A stretch of DNA of 64,000 bases from Adineta vaga (Eukaryota; Animalia; Rotifera), in contig CP075493.1 of assembly GCA_021613535.1 (NCBI GenBank), positions 8,928,001-8,992,000 of the forward strand. Reading direction: 5' to 3'. Position numbers and translations under genes: made by a program. The notes under the pieces were generated by a model. The model was not told the DNA's origin. It worked only from the letters and a program-made list of their open reading frames with translations, and did no database searches. Of this stretch, positions 50,101 through 64,000 are shown one piece after another (the first letter of the stretch is position 1; every line of letters begins with the position of its first letter).

Positions 50101-53100
50101 GACACCAAAACGATTGGATAATCCACGAACAGATATTTACGAAGAAATCTTATCCTATGAATTAACTGGACAAATTGATGAAGCTATTGTTGCTTATGAA
50201 AATGTTTTCGAAATCAATGAATTAAATCAAACTAATATACATTTGTACTTAGGTTATTTAAATAACTTATTAACTCAACAACAATTTCAACATACAATCG
50301 ATCAAGCAACAGGTATTATTGTTCAATATCCTACATGGATTAATATGTTAAATCCATTGCGTATTGAAGCAGCATGGAAATTATCGAAATGGAATTTATT
50401 AGAAAAATTTTGTACACATCAAGATGAAAGTAACCATTCGAATCATATCGAACAGATGAATGAAAATTCCAAAATGAATATTCTTCATGATTTGAATGTT
50501 TCGAAACAATTTGAAGAATATATTGGACGAATACTTTTTCAAGCGAAAAAACAAAATCGAGAAGGTTTTTCTTCAGAATTTCGTTTAGCATTAAATTCTT
50601 TAATGGGACCTATATCAGCAGCAAGTATGGAAGTTGGATCATATCAACGTGCTTATGATTATCTTGTTAAATTACATTTACTTAAAGATTTAGAATATTA
50701 TATTTTCAAAAATATCTTTCATGATGATGTTTCAATTATGATCATTGATAATGATAATGTAGAAGATATTTGGTCACAAAGACATGCGTTATTACCACCG
50801 AATAGTAAATTTATTGAACCATCATTAGCATTACGACGAACATTATTGTTATTGGACGATAGTAATGATGTTAAACAGCATGGTTTAGAAATTGGTGAAT
50901 GTTGGTTACATAGTGCACGAATAGCACGTGCACAAAATAATTCTTTAGCAGCAATTGCTTCATTAATGAAAGCAAATCAATCACATCCAATTGAAGTTGC
51001 AATTGAACGTGCACAATGGATGTGGGATAAAGGAGAAAAAGATCGAGCAATTATGAGTTTAAAACAGAAGAAAATAGAATTATTAGATTCACGAACAACC
51101 AATGAAGGAAATCAAATGGAAAATCGACTACAAGGTTTGTTCTTCGTATTGTTGTTGTTTATCTGTTAATGAACATCGTTTTCTTTGTAGTATCAGCTGA
51201 TTTGAAAGCTCAATTATGGTTATTATTAGCTCGATATAGTGAACAGAATTCACCTCATGAAGCCGTATTTGAAATGTACAAGCAAGCACAAGAAGCTGCT
51301 CCACATTGGGAAGAAACTCATTTTTATTTAGCACAATTCTATGATACTTTACTTTCTTCTTGTATCGAATCAGATTCCATTATCGACTTCAAATGCAACA
51401 ACGACGACAAATAATTTTCTCTCATCAAATGGATTGACATTAGAAAATAAATTACGTATGATGGAATATATTCGTTTAGCTGTTAATACATACTGTCGTT
51501 CATTGAAATATGGTTGTGAATTTATTTATCAATCATTAACACGTTTATTAACAATGTGGCTTGATTTTGCATCTGATCTTGTACCATTTATTAAACCTCC
51601 ACAAGCACCTACATCACGTAAACAACAAACAACAACAGTTCCAGCTGCTAATCTACCAGATGCAGCACAAATTAAACAACATGGGCAGGCAAAATTAAGT
51701 GAAATAACACGAGAAGTTTCATCATGGACAACACGTATACCACCGTATTTATTTCTTGCAGCATTTCCTTATATGGTCTCTCGAATATGTCACAGTGAAG
51801 ATATGACATCGAAAGCATTAAATTCTATTATCACACAAGTGTTTGCTGCTTTTCCTCAACAAACATTATGGATGATGATTAATTTATATGGTTCATCGAA
51901 TAGTATGCGTCGTGATCGTTGTATTGCTATTTGGAATGAAGCATCGACTATTGAGTCTGGTCTCCATGATTTTGTTATCGAAGCAACAGTACTTATAAAA
52001 CAATTGGATACATTATGTATGCATGCTGTTACCTATGGACAAAATAAGATAAGTTTATCTGCACAATTTAAATCATTTAAACGTTCCTATGCAACTCAAT
52101 CAGCGTGTCCTATTCTTATACCAATACAATCACAAATGCAAGTTTGTTTACCACCACCACCAGTCCGATTTTCTCTTTCAACAACATCAACACATATTCA
52201 ACAACAACAACAACAACAAGCCATGAATGTTGATCTTCCCTCAGATGCAGCAGCAAAATTAACAGCAATGGCAAATAAACAAGGTCCACTTGGTCGTCCA
52301 ACATCGAAAAAAAATGCTCAAGCTGGATCGACAATAACTACAACAACGAAAGTTCAACAAAAAACATACTATGATCCAAGACATCAACCATTTCCTGATG
52401 CTGTCGTTACCATTCATAGTAAGTTAACCGTTTCAATTGATCGATATATATATATATTTCAATTCAAATTTCCTTTTAGGTTTTGAAGATACAATCGAAG
52501 TCTTATCATCACTTCAACGACCAAAAAAGATTGTTATTCGTGGTAGTGATGGACAATTATATCCATTTCTATGTAAATCACAAGATGATCTACGAGTTGA
52601 TTCACGTTGTCTTGATTTTTGTCATTTATTTAATAAATGTTTGAAGAAAAATAGTGAAACACGTCGTCGTCAATTAAATATTCGAACATATGCTGTTTAT
52701 CCTATCAATGAACGTTGTGGTCTAATTGAATGGTTACCTAATTTATGTACATTTCGTTCATTAGTAACAAAATTCTATCGACAACGTAGTTCAAATTTTT
52801 CAGAAGTCTCCAATCGAGAAATAAAAGTCTATGGCAATAGTAAAGAGAAATCAAAAGAAGCTCGATTCAATGTAAGTTAAATCGATTAATCCTTTGTCAT
52901 TGATCTAATATTTTCTATTTTAAAGGATTTTCTTAAATTATTGGCATTTCATCAACCAGGAGTATTTCATCAATATTTTTTTGCTGCTTATCCAGATCCA
53001 AATCGTTGGTATATTAGTCGAATGAATTTTGTTCGTTCAACAGCTGTCATGTCCATGATTGGCTATATAATGGGTTTAGGTGATCGACATTGTGAAAATA

Positions 53101-53773
53101 TTCTTATCGATACATATACTGGTGAAACAGTTCATGTCGATTTCAATTGTTTATTTAATAAAGGTAGAAAACTAATATTAAATAGATTATTTTTAACTAT
53201 ATATATATATATCGTTTCTTTTTTAGGATTAACATTTGAAATTCCTGAAAAAGTTCCTTTTCGTTTAACACATAATATTGTCGATGGTATGGGTACATTA
53301 GGTGTCGAAGGTGTCTTTCGTAAAACATGTGAAATTATTTTACATTTAATACGTGATGAACGTGAATTACTTGTGTCAGTATTGAAAACTTTCATCTATG
53401 ATCCATTAGTTGAATGGAAATCAGCCACAAGAGAAGAAGTAGCTAATATGAAAAAACAACAGATCGAAGGTGGAGAAGTTGTGAATATGAAGGTAAAACA
53501 ACTGATTTTGTATGAATGATAAATATTGCTTTTTCCTTATAGGCTCAAACACATGTACGAAATATCTTAGAACGTGTTCGTGGTTATTGTACAGATGAAT
53601 TAACTGGAAAACGTGTCGTATTACCACTCTCAGTTGAAGGACAAGTTGATCATTTAATTCGAGTATGTTAAATAGTGCAATAGATTTCGATTGATTTGTT
53701 TTCCTTTTTTAAGCAAGCAACAAGTAATGAATTATTATGTCAGATGTTTATCGGTTGGGCTGCTTATTTGTGA
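44157..53773 (+). CDS. ATR: Serine/threonine kinase ATR (PIKK), multi-exon, apparent frameshift at ~51350
   Basis: CLGEIGAIDPGR; FAT domain (EAAWKLSKW, SYQRAY, WLHSARIAR, RSLKYG..FIYQSLTRLLTMWLD); kinase SLQRPKK, KSQDDLRVD, GLGDRHCENIL, HVDFNCLFNKG, PEKVPFRLTHN; FATC LSVEGQV...LCQMFIGWAAYL*. Confidence 0.95.
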
Positions 53774-54245
53774 TTATAAACACATCTATTTTTTTTCTTC
53801 TTTATTTGTCAGATATATATTTATCTTTCTAACCCAGTATTTACCAGATAGTCACTTATTGCAATAAAAGAAATGCTATGATTAATCATTGTGTCTTGCA
53901 GTAATTTAACAAAAAAGGTATATACAAATGAGCTTAAGTTTATGCGTAAGGTGCTGCAAAAACAGGATGTAGACATGTATTAATGTAATTAATCTTTTCT
54001 TCAATGAATACTCAACGAGATACAAAGCAAAAGTAATTTTAAGGAATGATTCTTAGAATATTTTGTAACTTCATAGTACTCGGACTCAATCTTAATTCTA
54101 ACCAATATTCTGGCATATTTGTTGAACGAAATCTACTCTCTCTCTCTCTCTCATACTCAACATTAAACAATCATTTTCAAATATTTTATTTATTCTACGT
54201 ACAACTAAAATAAGAGAATATATACATTGATCAACGAAAATTTAT

Positions 54246-55856
54246 TTATAAACAATAACTGATTTCTTGTGTTGTCATACAATTTTGACATTGAACATGA
54301 CAACACCATTGAAAACGACAATTACATTGATTCTTTATCGTTGTTATTTTCGATTGATAACCACGATTACAACAAAGTAAATCACAACCATCAATAGCAC
54401 GTGAATTTCGATTACAAATACGTCCTTTCGTACCAAATGAGCCAAGAGATAAATTGAATTCACAATAATTTGGACTTGAAATGATAAAAATTAACTTATT
54501 TTCATAAATCATATTTTGTTCCTGATGAAGTGGAATATTTTTTGGTAGAAATCGTACTTTTGAATCAATTGTACTTCGTTGTAGATGTACTTCAATTGAA
54601 TTATCATAGAATTCTTTTAATTGATTGGCTATTCGTGTAAATGAATGTAATGAATGCCAACATGATTTCAATTCACAAGAGCCCGATATACCATGACATT
54701 TACAACGACGTTCATTTGATGAAAGAATCATCTAGAAAAACAAAAGACTTAAATTATTAACATATACATCACACAACAAAATGAACTTTACTCGAATACC
54801 AATTTGATTATTATATCTATTTAATAAACTTGTTTGAGTTTTCTTTCTTGTCTCTCGAAGATTAACAAATTTTCGTGCAATTTCTGTTCCATAAAATGTA
54901 TTATCCGAACAACCCATCCATCGCATTGAATTATTCTGATTTTTATCTATCATTGTCATATCACATCCACATGAACGAAGTTGTCCTGAACTACATGCTT
55001 TCGTTATTGTATATGCAATGCCGGCCGATGTTAATGCATGAATATATGCTGATTCTTTTGTTTCTATTATATTAAACATATTAGTTGTTATTTCTTTCTT
55101 TGGAAAAAGAAAATAATCATGAACCTGAATCAAGAATCTTTCCTATTAGTTGATTATTTTCAAATAATTTACAATTCCAATGACGATTCTTAAATTGTAC
55201 TTGACATTCTTCTATTGCTAAATTAGCACCGAGATATATATAAGGCATAAGATGTACATTTCGTTGACAAAACTGAATTTGTCGATGATTAAGACCATAT
55301 TTTGTTTGACATAGATCTTCTGTTGACAGTGATCTATTTGATACTTGAATGATTGATCTTAAAATAGGAAAAAAAACACCTGTGAATTTTATACATCGTT
55401 TCAAATTGTGATCAATAAGATTCTCATATATTCAAGATTAGTTATACCACTTCAATTAGAAACCAAACAAGTAGATAGATATGTTGTTTTTGAAGTTAAA
55501 AACTGCGATGTGTATGTCTACAAGATAACTGATAAACATATCTCATTTGTTTGAACGTTTTTTTTCCTCTTCTGTACATGATATACGTGATTATTAATCA
55601 AACATGTTGTGTATATTCTAAATTGATGTTTTATTCTTTTTTTTTCTAAGTAATATCTTTTGGAGTTCTATAATGAGACAAACTGAAATGATGATTATAA
55701 ACAGATATATGGAACTTGAACGACTAAAATGATCGATATCGAAAATTTTACTTACAACCATTGTTCACTTGGATAAATAAAGAAGAAGATGAGAAACAAA
55801 ACGAATAATTTCTTCATAAAGATTATTGACGAAATATTTCCTATGAATCGAGTCAT
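54246..55856 (-). CDS. WNT4: Wnt ligand, Wnt4-like, 4 exons
   Basis: Signal-peptide exon ending EQWL; LAIEECQVQFKNRHWNC, TKACSSGQLRSCGCD, WMGCSDN, CKCHGISGSCELKSCW, SRAIDGCDLLCCNRG, CNCRFQWCCHVQC. Wnt identity is certain; the subfamily call rests on remembered Wnt4 motifs. Confidence 0.85.
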
Positions 55857-56751
55857 TGTATGACTAAAATAGATGGATTGTACAGATGTTGTTCAATGTA
55901 TGAAGGAAGAAATAAAAGTGATGAGAATATAGATGCTAATACAAATAAAAAGTGAAGATATGAATATCGATTGGTTGTGAATGAAAAAGTAGAGAAGAAG
56001 AAGAAGAAAAATAATCATCAACTTTTTCTTGTCTTTCTTCTCTCTTCGAAGAATGATGAATTCACACTGAGAACCTATAGTAGTCTATTTCACATCTATA
56101 TGACAATTAATTTGCACGTTTTAACAAACGGATATCTCCATATGTACAATGAAATCAGTGACACATGTGTCTGCTACTTGATAATTGCTATCGAGTCTCA
56201 CATAAGAAGTCGAAGATATTCGTAATGATACAATAGCGTAAGAATACCAAATCTTGAAAACTTTCTGAAAAACGTATTTTGTACATTTCATATATCCGTG
56301 CGCGTCCCATTTGTCATGGTAAGAAAATATTCAATGATTATTTTCCTTATGAATTGATATAAATGAGTGTTACAAATCGATACGTTAGAGAACACTTTTT
56401 CTTGTAGAGTATGGCCCTCTATCGTTAAAACGTTTCTTGCATCTCTTTGAACAATCTATCCAATGAAAAAAAAACATTGTAAGGCAAGCAAGCAATAGCA
56501 AAAAGTTAACACTACTAGTTATCAAATCAGTGCGGTAAAGAAGAAAAAAAAGAATAAATTTCACCTTACCTGTGCAATTACTTTTCATCGTTCTGTTCTG
56601 TGTTTTGACTGTATTAATATTACCAGTTCACTCACATGTTCTGTTTTATTCAATGAGTTCTATTACTCTGACAATTTAACAAAACTCTTCTGTGAGTTAT
56701 TTTTATACTAAAAAAGAAAAGAAACAATATAAAGCATTTCGTAGACTGAAC

Positions 56752-59700
56752 ATGGATACCAATGATTCATCTGATGATGAGAAAAATTCAATCGGAGACA
56801 AGTCACCAAAACTCAAAATTATTGATGTAATATATTTATAGTCTTTTATGAAGAGTAGTGTTTGTTTACACAAATATTTTCTAGGTCACGGAAAATGATC
56901 AACCTTCTCCAGTAGAAGAAAAAGAAAAGAATGATGAACCAGCAAAAATTGTAACTGAGAAAAAACGAAAGAAGAGAACAACGAAAACTAGACGAGTGAG
57001 ATCAAGCAAAAAGAGAAAAGAATTCGAATAATTGATTTCTGTATTTCAGAGATCAGTTCAGCCAAAAACAACAAATCCAACTCCGAGACAACGAAAGAAA
57101 ACTTCGCCTACTGGTTTAAATGGAAACTATTGGAATGTAAGTAGTAACATAAATGAATATGAGAGTGCGTGAAAATCTTTTCATTTAATCGAAATAATAA
57201 ATATGTAAAGGGTTTTCTGAAGAGGACAAAAATATTGTATTGAAACTTAGATATAAAACAGCTTTTCTTCAGGTTGTTCAAATGGATCGTCATGCTATTA
57301 CAACTGTATTCAATCCAAATCAACTCATTGATAATGATGATGACACTGATGATGAATCAACTTTTTCATCGGACAAAGAAGCTGATGAAAAATTACAGAA
57401 ACTACTCAATTCAACATCAAGTTCATCAGCTGTATCAGAAGATATTCGAACACTTCTATACACCAATCGAACATTTATTACATGTCGAAGTCCTGATGAT
57501 TCGTTTTTTCTTTGTCAAGTTCTTCAAGATGTTTATAATGATACAAAAAAGATTCGTATTCGTTGGTGTGCATCAACTGATGAGAGAGGCGATGAAGCTG
57601 AAATTGATGAAAATACACATTTTAAGTTCGATTTTGATGATACATTAGATCCACAAACGATTCTAACTGGAATACCAAATGTTATTCGTCATTCAGATAA
57701 AACAATCTCATTAAGAAAACAAGATATTTTTGAAACAAAACGTTTGCTTGAAAAATCAATTAAAGGTGAAAGCCCATCAACAGATGAACCAATGGATTTA
57801 ACAAAGGAATATTCGAGCAAAACATTCGAAAAAATACAATCAGATACAAGTGAGATGGTTTAGCTATTAGAAAAACACCGCTCAAATCAAAAAAACGAAA
57901 ACTCTCACCAGAGAATTCGCGAAAACAAATAGTGAAAAAACGTGCACGAAAAACCAGTGGTGAACCTACTTGTAAGTTTATATATATCTACTTCATTCCC
58001 TCGAAATATAAAAATATTTGATTTCTAGCTTTACTGAAGAAACAACGAACATTGGATATAAGTGAAATAGAAGAAGGTAAAAAGGAAACACCAAAAGTGA
58101 AGAAAGCAACGAAAAAAACAGGTTTTATTTCTTCTATAACGATTCTCTAAGTTTTTCTTTTTTTTTTTGTTGTAGCAGCAGAAAAACCTGTTACAACAAC
58201 AAAAGCACAGTTATTTAAAGTTCAAAGTAATCGATTACTCAAAGAAAATTTGATTATTACACTCTATCGAAAAGAACCATTTTTTGAAGACAAGTCAGTA
58301 TTTTCTTTTGTAATAACATTTGCAATAGCCTTATTTTTTGTTTAGTTTAAATGTTCCATTTATTTCATCTATTGTTCAAAGTAAATTAGCAATACGAGCT
58401 GTACTTCTCAATGACACAGGTCTATTGAAAAGTCTTATTAATGATATTGATCATGTTTGTTCGGTAAAGTGAAGATGATTCAAAGATCATATTCATATTG
58501 ATTTTATTCTATTCATCAGGTTCATGTAAAACGCGGCCTTAACAATGATTTGACAGCGATGCATTATGCCATTCAAAATGATAATATTGAAATGCTGAAA
58601 ATTTTAATTGAAGATGTAAGAGCACCAAAGAAGGATCGATGTCCTTTTCCAACTGTAACAATGACCACACAGAGTACAGGACGGTAAAAAAGACTCTTCT
58701 TTCCTATTGCTGTCTTACTGATTGCTAAATTTACGCATTTTTCTAGAGCAAATATTCATTCATTTGGTTTTCGTACAGCTCAAATTATGGCTGCTCGTGG
58801 TGCTAAAGAAGGAAACAATGCATTGAATAAAGTAGACTGTTGATATTTCAACAACATTTTATAATGTTATCATTCTCTTCTAGGATACGATAAATGCACT
58901 AAGCAATCCTGGGCATGATATTGTTCAATATGCAATAAAAAATAATTGTTCACGTGAAGTGTATGATTATCTACTTGAAGCATTTCCTCATACAGTAAAC
59001 GTTTTGTTTTCTTATTTATTATGTTTTTTTTCTAAGAAATTTTCGTTGTATTTTTAGAAAGATCAAATTTATCAGAATATTAGCCATATTGTTCGAGGTG
59101 GTTATCGAAAATTAGCTGCAAATATTATTGGTGAAATTAAAGATAATGCTTTTTATGGATTCAACAAACTTCATCATGAAGTATATTTGATTACGAAATG
59201 AAATAAACATTTATAATCATGATTTGTTATTAGGTTTTATTACTGAATGGTGAAAATCTAACAATTATGCGTGCAGCAAGTGTTGTCAAAAAGACAAAAG
59301 ATAATTTTCAAGTAAGTTATTGTTGTTTATTCTCGTTTTATATCTCCATTAGACCTAACAATCTGTTGATATCATCTTAGATCACGCCGATTCATTGTGC
59401 AGCTATCAATCCAAATTCAAAATATTTAAAACAATTATTGAATGTAATGCCTGAATACAATATTCTCGATAAATATGAACGACGTCCAATTCATTTTGCT
59501 GCTGCATGTGAAGGACCTGAACCACTTGAATATCTTTTATCAAAGTAAAAATTTAACCTATTGAAATTGTGAGTAAAATTAGTTTGTATTCTATAGACAA
59601 ATTAGTTTTAATGATATTGATCGTGGTGGAAATTCTCCATTACATATTGCTGCTACCTTTGGTCGAGCGATCAATGCCGAAATTTTATTACGTACAGCAA

Positions 59701-62700
59701 AAGAAAAAGCTGAATCAAATGATGCCGAAGATCAAATTGTTCATCAAAAATTTGGTCTTGCATCTATAAATCGTTTAAATAAAACACGATTCTATCCATT
59801 ACATTTAGCAGTTGTTAATAATCATTTAGTATGAATCAATTTTCCTTATTCTTTCAAATTCTCTATTTATATCGTAACGTTTTTAGGAATGTGTTAAAGT
59901 TTTACTTGAATTTGGTGCTAATGTTGATGCACCAACAAGTACATCCTCAGGCAAATTAACACCATTGATGTTAGCATGTCAAAAAGGTTACCTCAAAATA
60001 GTTGTACATCTCATTGAAAATGGTGCTAAAGTTGAAGCACGTGATCGTTTTAAACGTACACCATTGATTCATGCTTGTATGTGTGGTAATGCTCATATTG
60101 TTTCACATATACTTCGTATGGGTGGAAATGCCAATGCATGTGATTCATCAATGAATACTACATTACATTATGCAATTGCATATGGATGGTATTTTTGTGT
60201 ACGTTTATTGATCGAAGCTGGTGCAAATGTAAATTGTGTCAATTCATGGCAAACAACTTGTTTAGCTGCTGGATTTTTGAAAGGACACTATGGCTTATGC
60301 GATTATCTTTTAACAGAACATCATGTTGACATTAATTTTAAGACTGAAGATGGATTAACATTAGTTATATTAACTGCTGGTTTAGAAGTATCAACATCAT
60401 CTGTACAACAATTAGATTATGTAGCGCAAAAACATAAAGCAGATTGTACTTGTGTTGATGCTGATGGAAATAATGCAGTAAGTTTAAATTAAATAGAATT
60501 TACAAACGTATACTTATGTCTATGTTGTCTAGTTTCATCATTTAGCAAACAATATTCTGGGACAGAACTCATTCTATATGGTAAGATGAATACTTAAGAA
60601 TCCTTCTAAACTTATTTTTCATTATAGACTAACGAAAGTAAGAAAGCTTTACGTGATAATCTTTTCAAAATGGCTCAAATTCTTTTCGATCACAAATGTG
60701 AACCAAATAAAATGAATAACAAAGCTCAGACACCTCTAATGATTGCACTTCAAGCTGGTAATTTTCATCTTGTCGATTTTCTTATCAATCATGTTAAAGT
60801 CGACATCAATCCCGACATCAGTCAGGATGGTAAAACTCTCTTACATTATTTTGCAATAAAATGTGATGAATATGATCTCGTTCAAACATTGATGAAATTG
60901 GTAATGAAATAATATTCTTTTTTTTTCATTCAAATATTATGATTTCATTTTCGTACTCTTTCAGCCAGTAAGTGATGATTTGAAAAAAATGGGTCAAATG
61001 TTTGATAACAATGGTCGAACACCATTTCATTATTGTGCATCAAAATTCAATGAATTTTGTCAAACAAATAAAGTAATGACATAGTATTGTAATAAGAAAA
61101 CAACAACAACAACAAATGAATTGTGTTTTCTTTCGTAGTCATCAGCAAGTACAGATCAACTGAAACAACAATATCAAGCTATTGTTCAAATGATTGATTA
61201 TTGTCTTGATTCCATTCAATGTGATTCAGATGCTGAAATTAAATCAAATACTGATCTTACAAGTGCTACAATTGAAGAGATTGTTGATGAAGATGAACAA
61301 TCTTTCGAAAATATTCATTCTGCTAATATAGGTCTCGACAAAGAAACTATTTTCAAACCTAAAGAAACGAGTATTTTCTCCTTATTACGTACTGTTCCAT
61401 TTGGTGATCAACATCCTTTAAAAAATTTTTTGAAAAAAACCAAAAATATCAATGCTCTTCATCATGAAACACAACGAACACCCTTACTCGAAGCAATATC
61501 TCTACAAGAATATCAAATAGCATATCTACTCATCAACAACACTTCATGTGATATAAATCTATCTACATCAATTGTTTCAAATGAACGTCAACAAACACCA
61601 TTAATCTTAGCATGTAAATTACGATTGTTCTCAATCATACGTGATTTATTAAATCATGAACAATGTTATATCTCAGCACGTGATTATCAACAGAATCAAG
61701 CTATACATTATTATTTAGCAACAAGTAATCGTTCGAATCAATATATAGATGTATTAAAAATATTTGTTGAAAAAATTAAACAAATTGATAATATAAATAG
61801 TCCAGGAAAACATGAACGTACACCATTACATATCGCTATTTATCATAATTCAGGTGCTATTGATTCTACAACTGATGTCGAACAAATTTTAATTGATAAT
61901 AAAAGTGATTTATTTATCAAAGATAATCTAGGAAATATTCCATTACATAATATTTTTCTAAATCAAAAAGTTGGTGATGATCCTGTTGAATTATGTGTGT
62001 TGATTATTGATGCCATGAAAACTGATCTATTGGATATAAAGAATCACGAAGGAAATACACCCTTACATTTTGCTGTTGTAAGTGATCTATATAAAACTAC
62101 TAATCGATAAAATGTTTTTCGTTTTCTTCTTACAGAAAATCTGTTCAACTGTATGTGTCATGCTTTTACAACAACATAAAGCAAATCTATTAGTTGAAAA
62201 TCATTTATTTAATTCGATTATTGGTACTTGCATTCAATCTGGACATTTGAATTTATTTATTACATTTCTTCAGCAAACACTTGATATTGATCTTAGCAAG
62301 ATGTATACGAATTCATTAGTCTCAATTGAAAATAAATCATCAGTAAAACAAAACGATAATAGAGATATTTGGATATGGAAATATGCTGAAAGACAAAATA
62401 TTAAACCATATGAACAATATCCATTGATTAATATAGTTATTCAACGCGATTGGCAAGGTGCATTATCATTAATTTTGAATGATCTCGAACATTATCATTT
62501 ACATCATCTTCAAATATTTGAAGCTGCTATTTTAAATAACAAATTAAATCTTCTTCTTCGTCTTCTATTACGTTTAAAAGATAAAACTATTCTACATAAT
62601 AAAAATATTCAACGACAAAATCTTTTTCATTTATTAGCAAATCTGAATGGATATGATGAAGAATTATATAAACAAATTCTTCTCTATCTTCATGAACATC

Positions 62701-64000
62701 ATATTGAATGGAATATTCCCGACAAATATGGTTCCTATCCTATTCATTATGCATGTGTTAAACAAAATTTTACATTCATTCATTTTTTACGTGACAAATA
62801 TGTATCTGAATGTGATTTAAATCGAGTTGATGCATTTGAAAATTCAGCAATTGGTTTATTTTTCTGGACTGTTCGATCGGAAACAAATATTCCAGAAAAA
62901 ACCATTGAATCTCTCTTAGCATCGAATAAACAATTGAATTGTTTATGTAATTATCAAAATGAAATCGTTATGAATCCATTATCATTTGGTTACAATGATT
63001 TATTAACAGACAATTATTCTTATCCACCACACAAATCTGATAATACATCGACAAATGTTCGAACATCACCATTAATTAATGCTATTGTTCATAAGAATTT
63101 TTCGCTTGTGAAATTTCTTCTACAACTCAATGCTGATGTTAACTTTTCAGATGAAGAAAAACGAACACCACTCATGCATGCTGTTCGACAGGTACAGTAA
63201 AATTCATAAACATTGTGTGAGATGAAGATAAATATTTAATTGATAATTAATTTCTCTTTTTCTAATTCATAGAACAATATCGATATTGTAAAAGTATTAC
63301 TTAATAAAGATTATACTCCAGAGGAAAAAGATGAATCTTCACAAAATGTACATGCTTTTGGTCGGCGACAGGTTGGCAATAGAAAAGTCATGCGAATTTC
63401 GCCTTCGGTGGTAACACAATAGCTCTGACTCTACCTTCAGTCGACACATCTACAATTCAAACAATTGATCAATCTGATCATGTTACTGTCACGTCAGCAA
63501 TTGATTTCAATGCTAGTGATTCTCTTGGTCGTACATGTATTCATCATTTAGTTCAACCATTTCCTGATGGTTCATATACAAGTAATATTGAATTACTTCG
63601 ATTACTTCATTCATCTGGTGCTTGTGTAACTAAATATGATCTTGCTGGTTTATCACCATTACAGTATGGAGCAATTAATGGTTGTCAACATTTATGTGAT
63701 GAATTAACAAAACTTATCAATGACGAAACTGATTCAACTCAAGCAATCATTGAACGTTTTTATATTAATGATCCAAATAAAAATCTTCTTGATTCACCTG
63801 ATTTCTATACAGATGCTCAACAATTAATTGATAAATATATTTCAACACATCCATCACAAACGCACAATACTGCATATCAAGTTGATCATTTATCGGGTAT
63901 GAGTAAAACAGGTGAAGTATTAATCGATACGGAAAAAAATGAACCCTACGATGTTCGATTAACTAAAACAGATGTAAGTTATGGTACACATGGTTTATAT
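56752..64000 (+). CDS. Large ankyrin-repeat protein, probable PME-5/tank-1-like PARP (partial, runs off the window; two apparent frameshifts)
   Basis: Many ankyrin repeats (TPIHCAAIN, TPLMLACQKG, TPLIHAC, TPLHIA, TPLMHAV); RGAKEGNNAL; ends at EPYDVRLTKTDVSYGTHGLY, resembling a WGR-domain start. The PARP catalytic domain is not in the window. Confidence 0.75.

Noticed and set aside
44157-64000. ATR, PARP-like and RTF2 as a DNA-repair cluster; Wnt4 and ROR as a linked ligand-receptor pair
   Set aside because: Separated by unrelated genes in a gene-dense region; chance co-location is sufficient

Overview
AT-rich, gene-dense eukaryotic (metazoan) DNA with many short (~50-90 nt) GT-AG introns. 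The gene style is most consistent with a bdelloid rotifer (inference from composition, intron size and intronless foreign-looking oxygenases; not provable here). It holds about 26 protein-coding loci: RTF2, TEAD/scalloped, NAXD, a METTL7-like methyltransferase, a calmodulin/centrin-like protein, a kringle-less ROR-like pseudokinase, FNBP4, UCHL5, an NNMT-like gene, a protocadherin, three tandem tetraspanins, two intronless 2OG-Fe(II) oxygenases, V-ATPase subunit d, PSMB3, ARIH1, CNOT11, a Fos/ATF3-like bZIP, ATR, Wnt4, and the 5' part of a large ankyrin/WGR PARP-like gene. There is also one solitary 5S rRNA gene. Highlights: (1) two tetraspanins whose large extracellular loop carries prohormone-like convertase sites (G-RRRRRR, RQKR|Q, RKKR|Q); (2) a hidden 5-exon, ~98-aa tail-anchored protein gene not shown by the ORF track; (3) operon-like co-oriented genes 100-300 bp apart with unpaired splice acceptors at the start codon, suggesting SL trans-splicing; (4) five frameshifts, four of them explainable by one missing A, including one in V-ATPase d and one in ATR (most likely assembly errors). 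No transposon or CRISPR was recognised.
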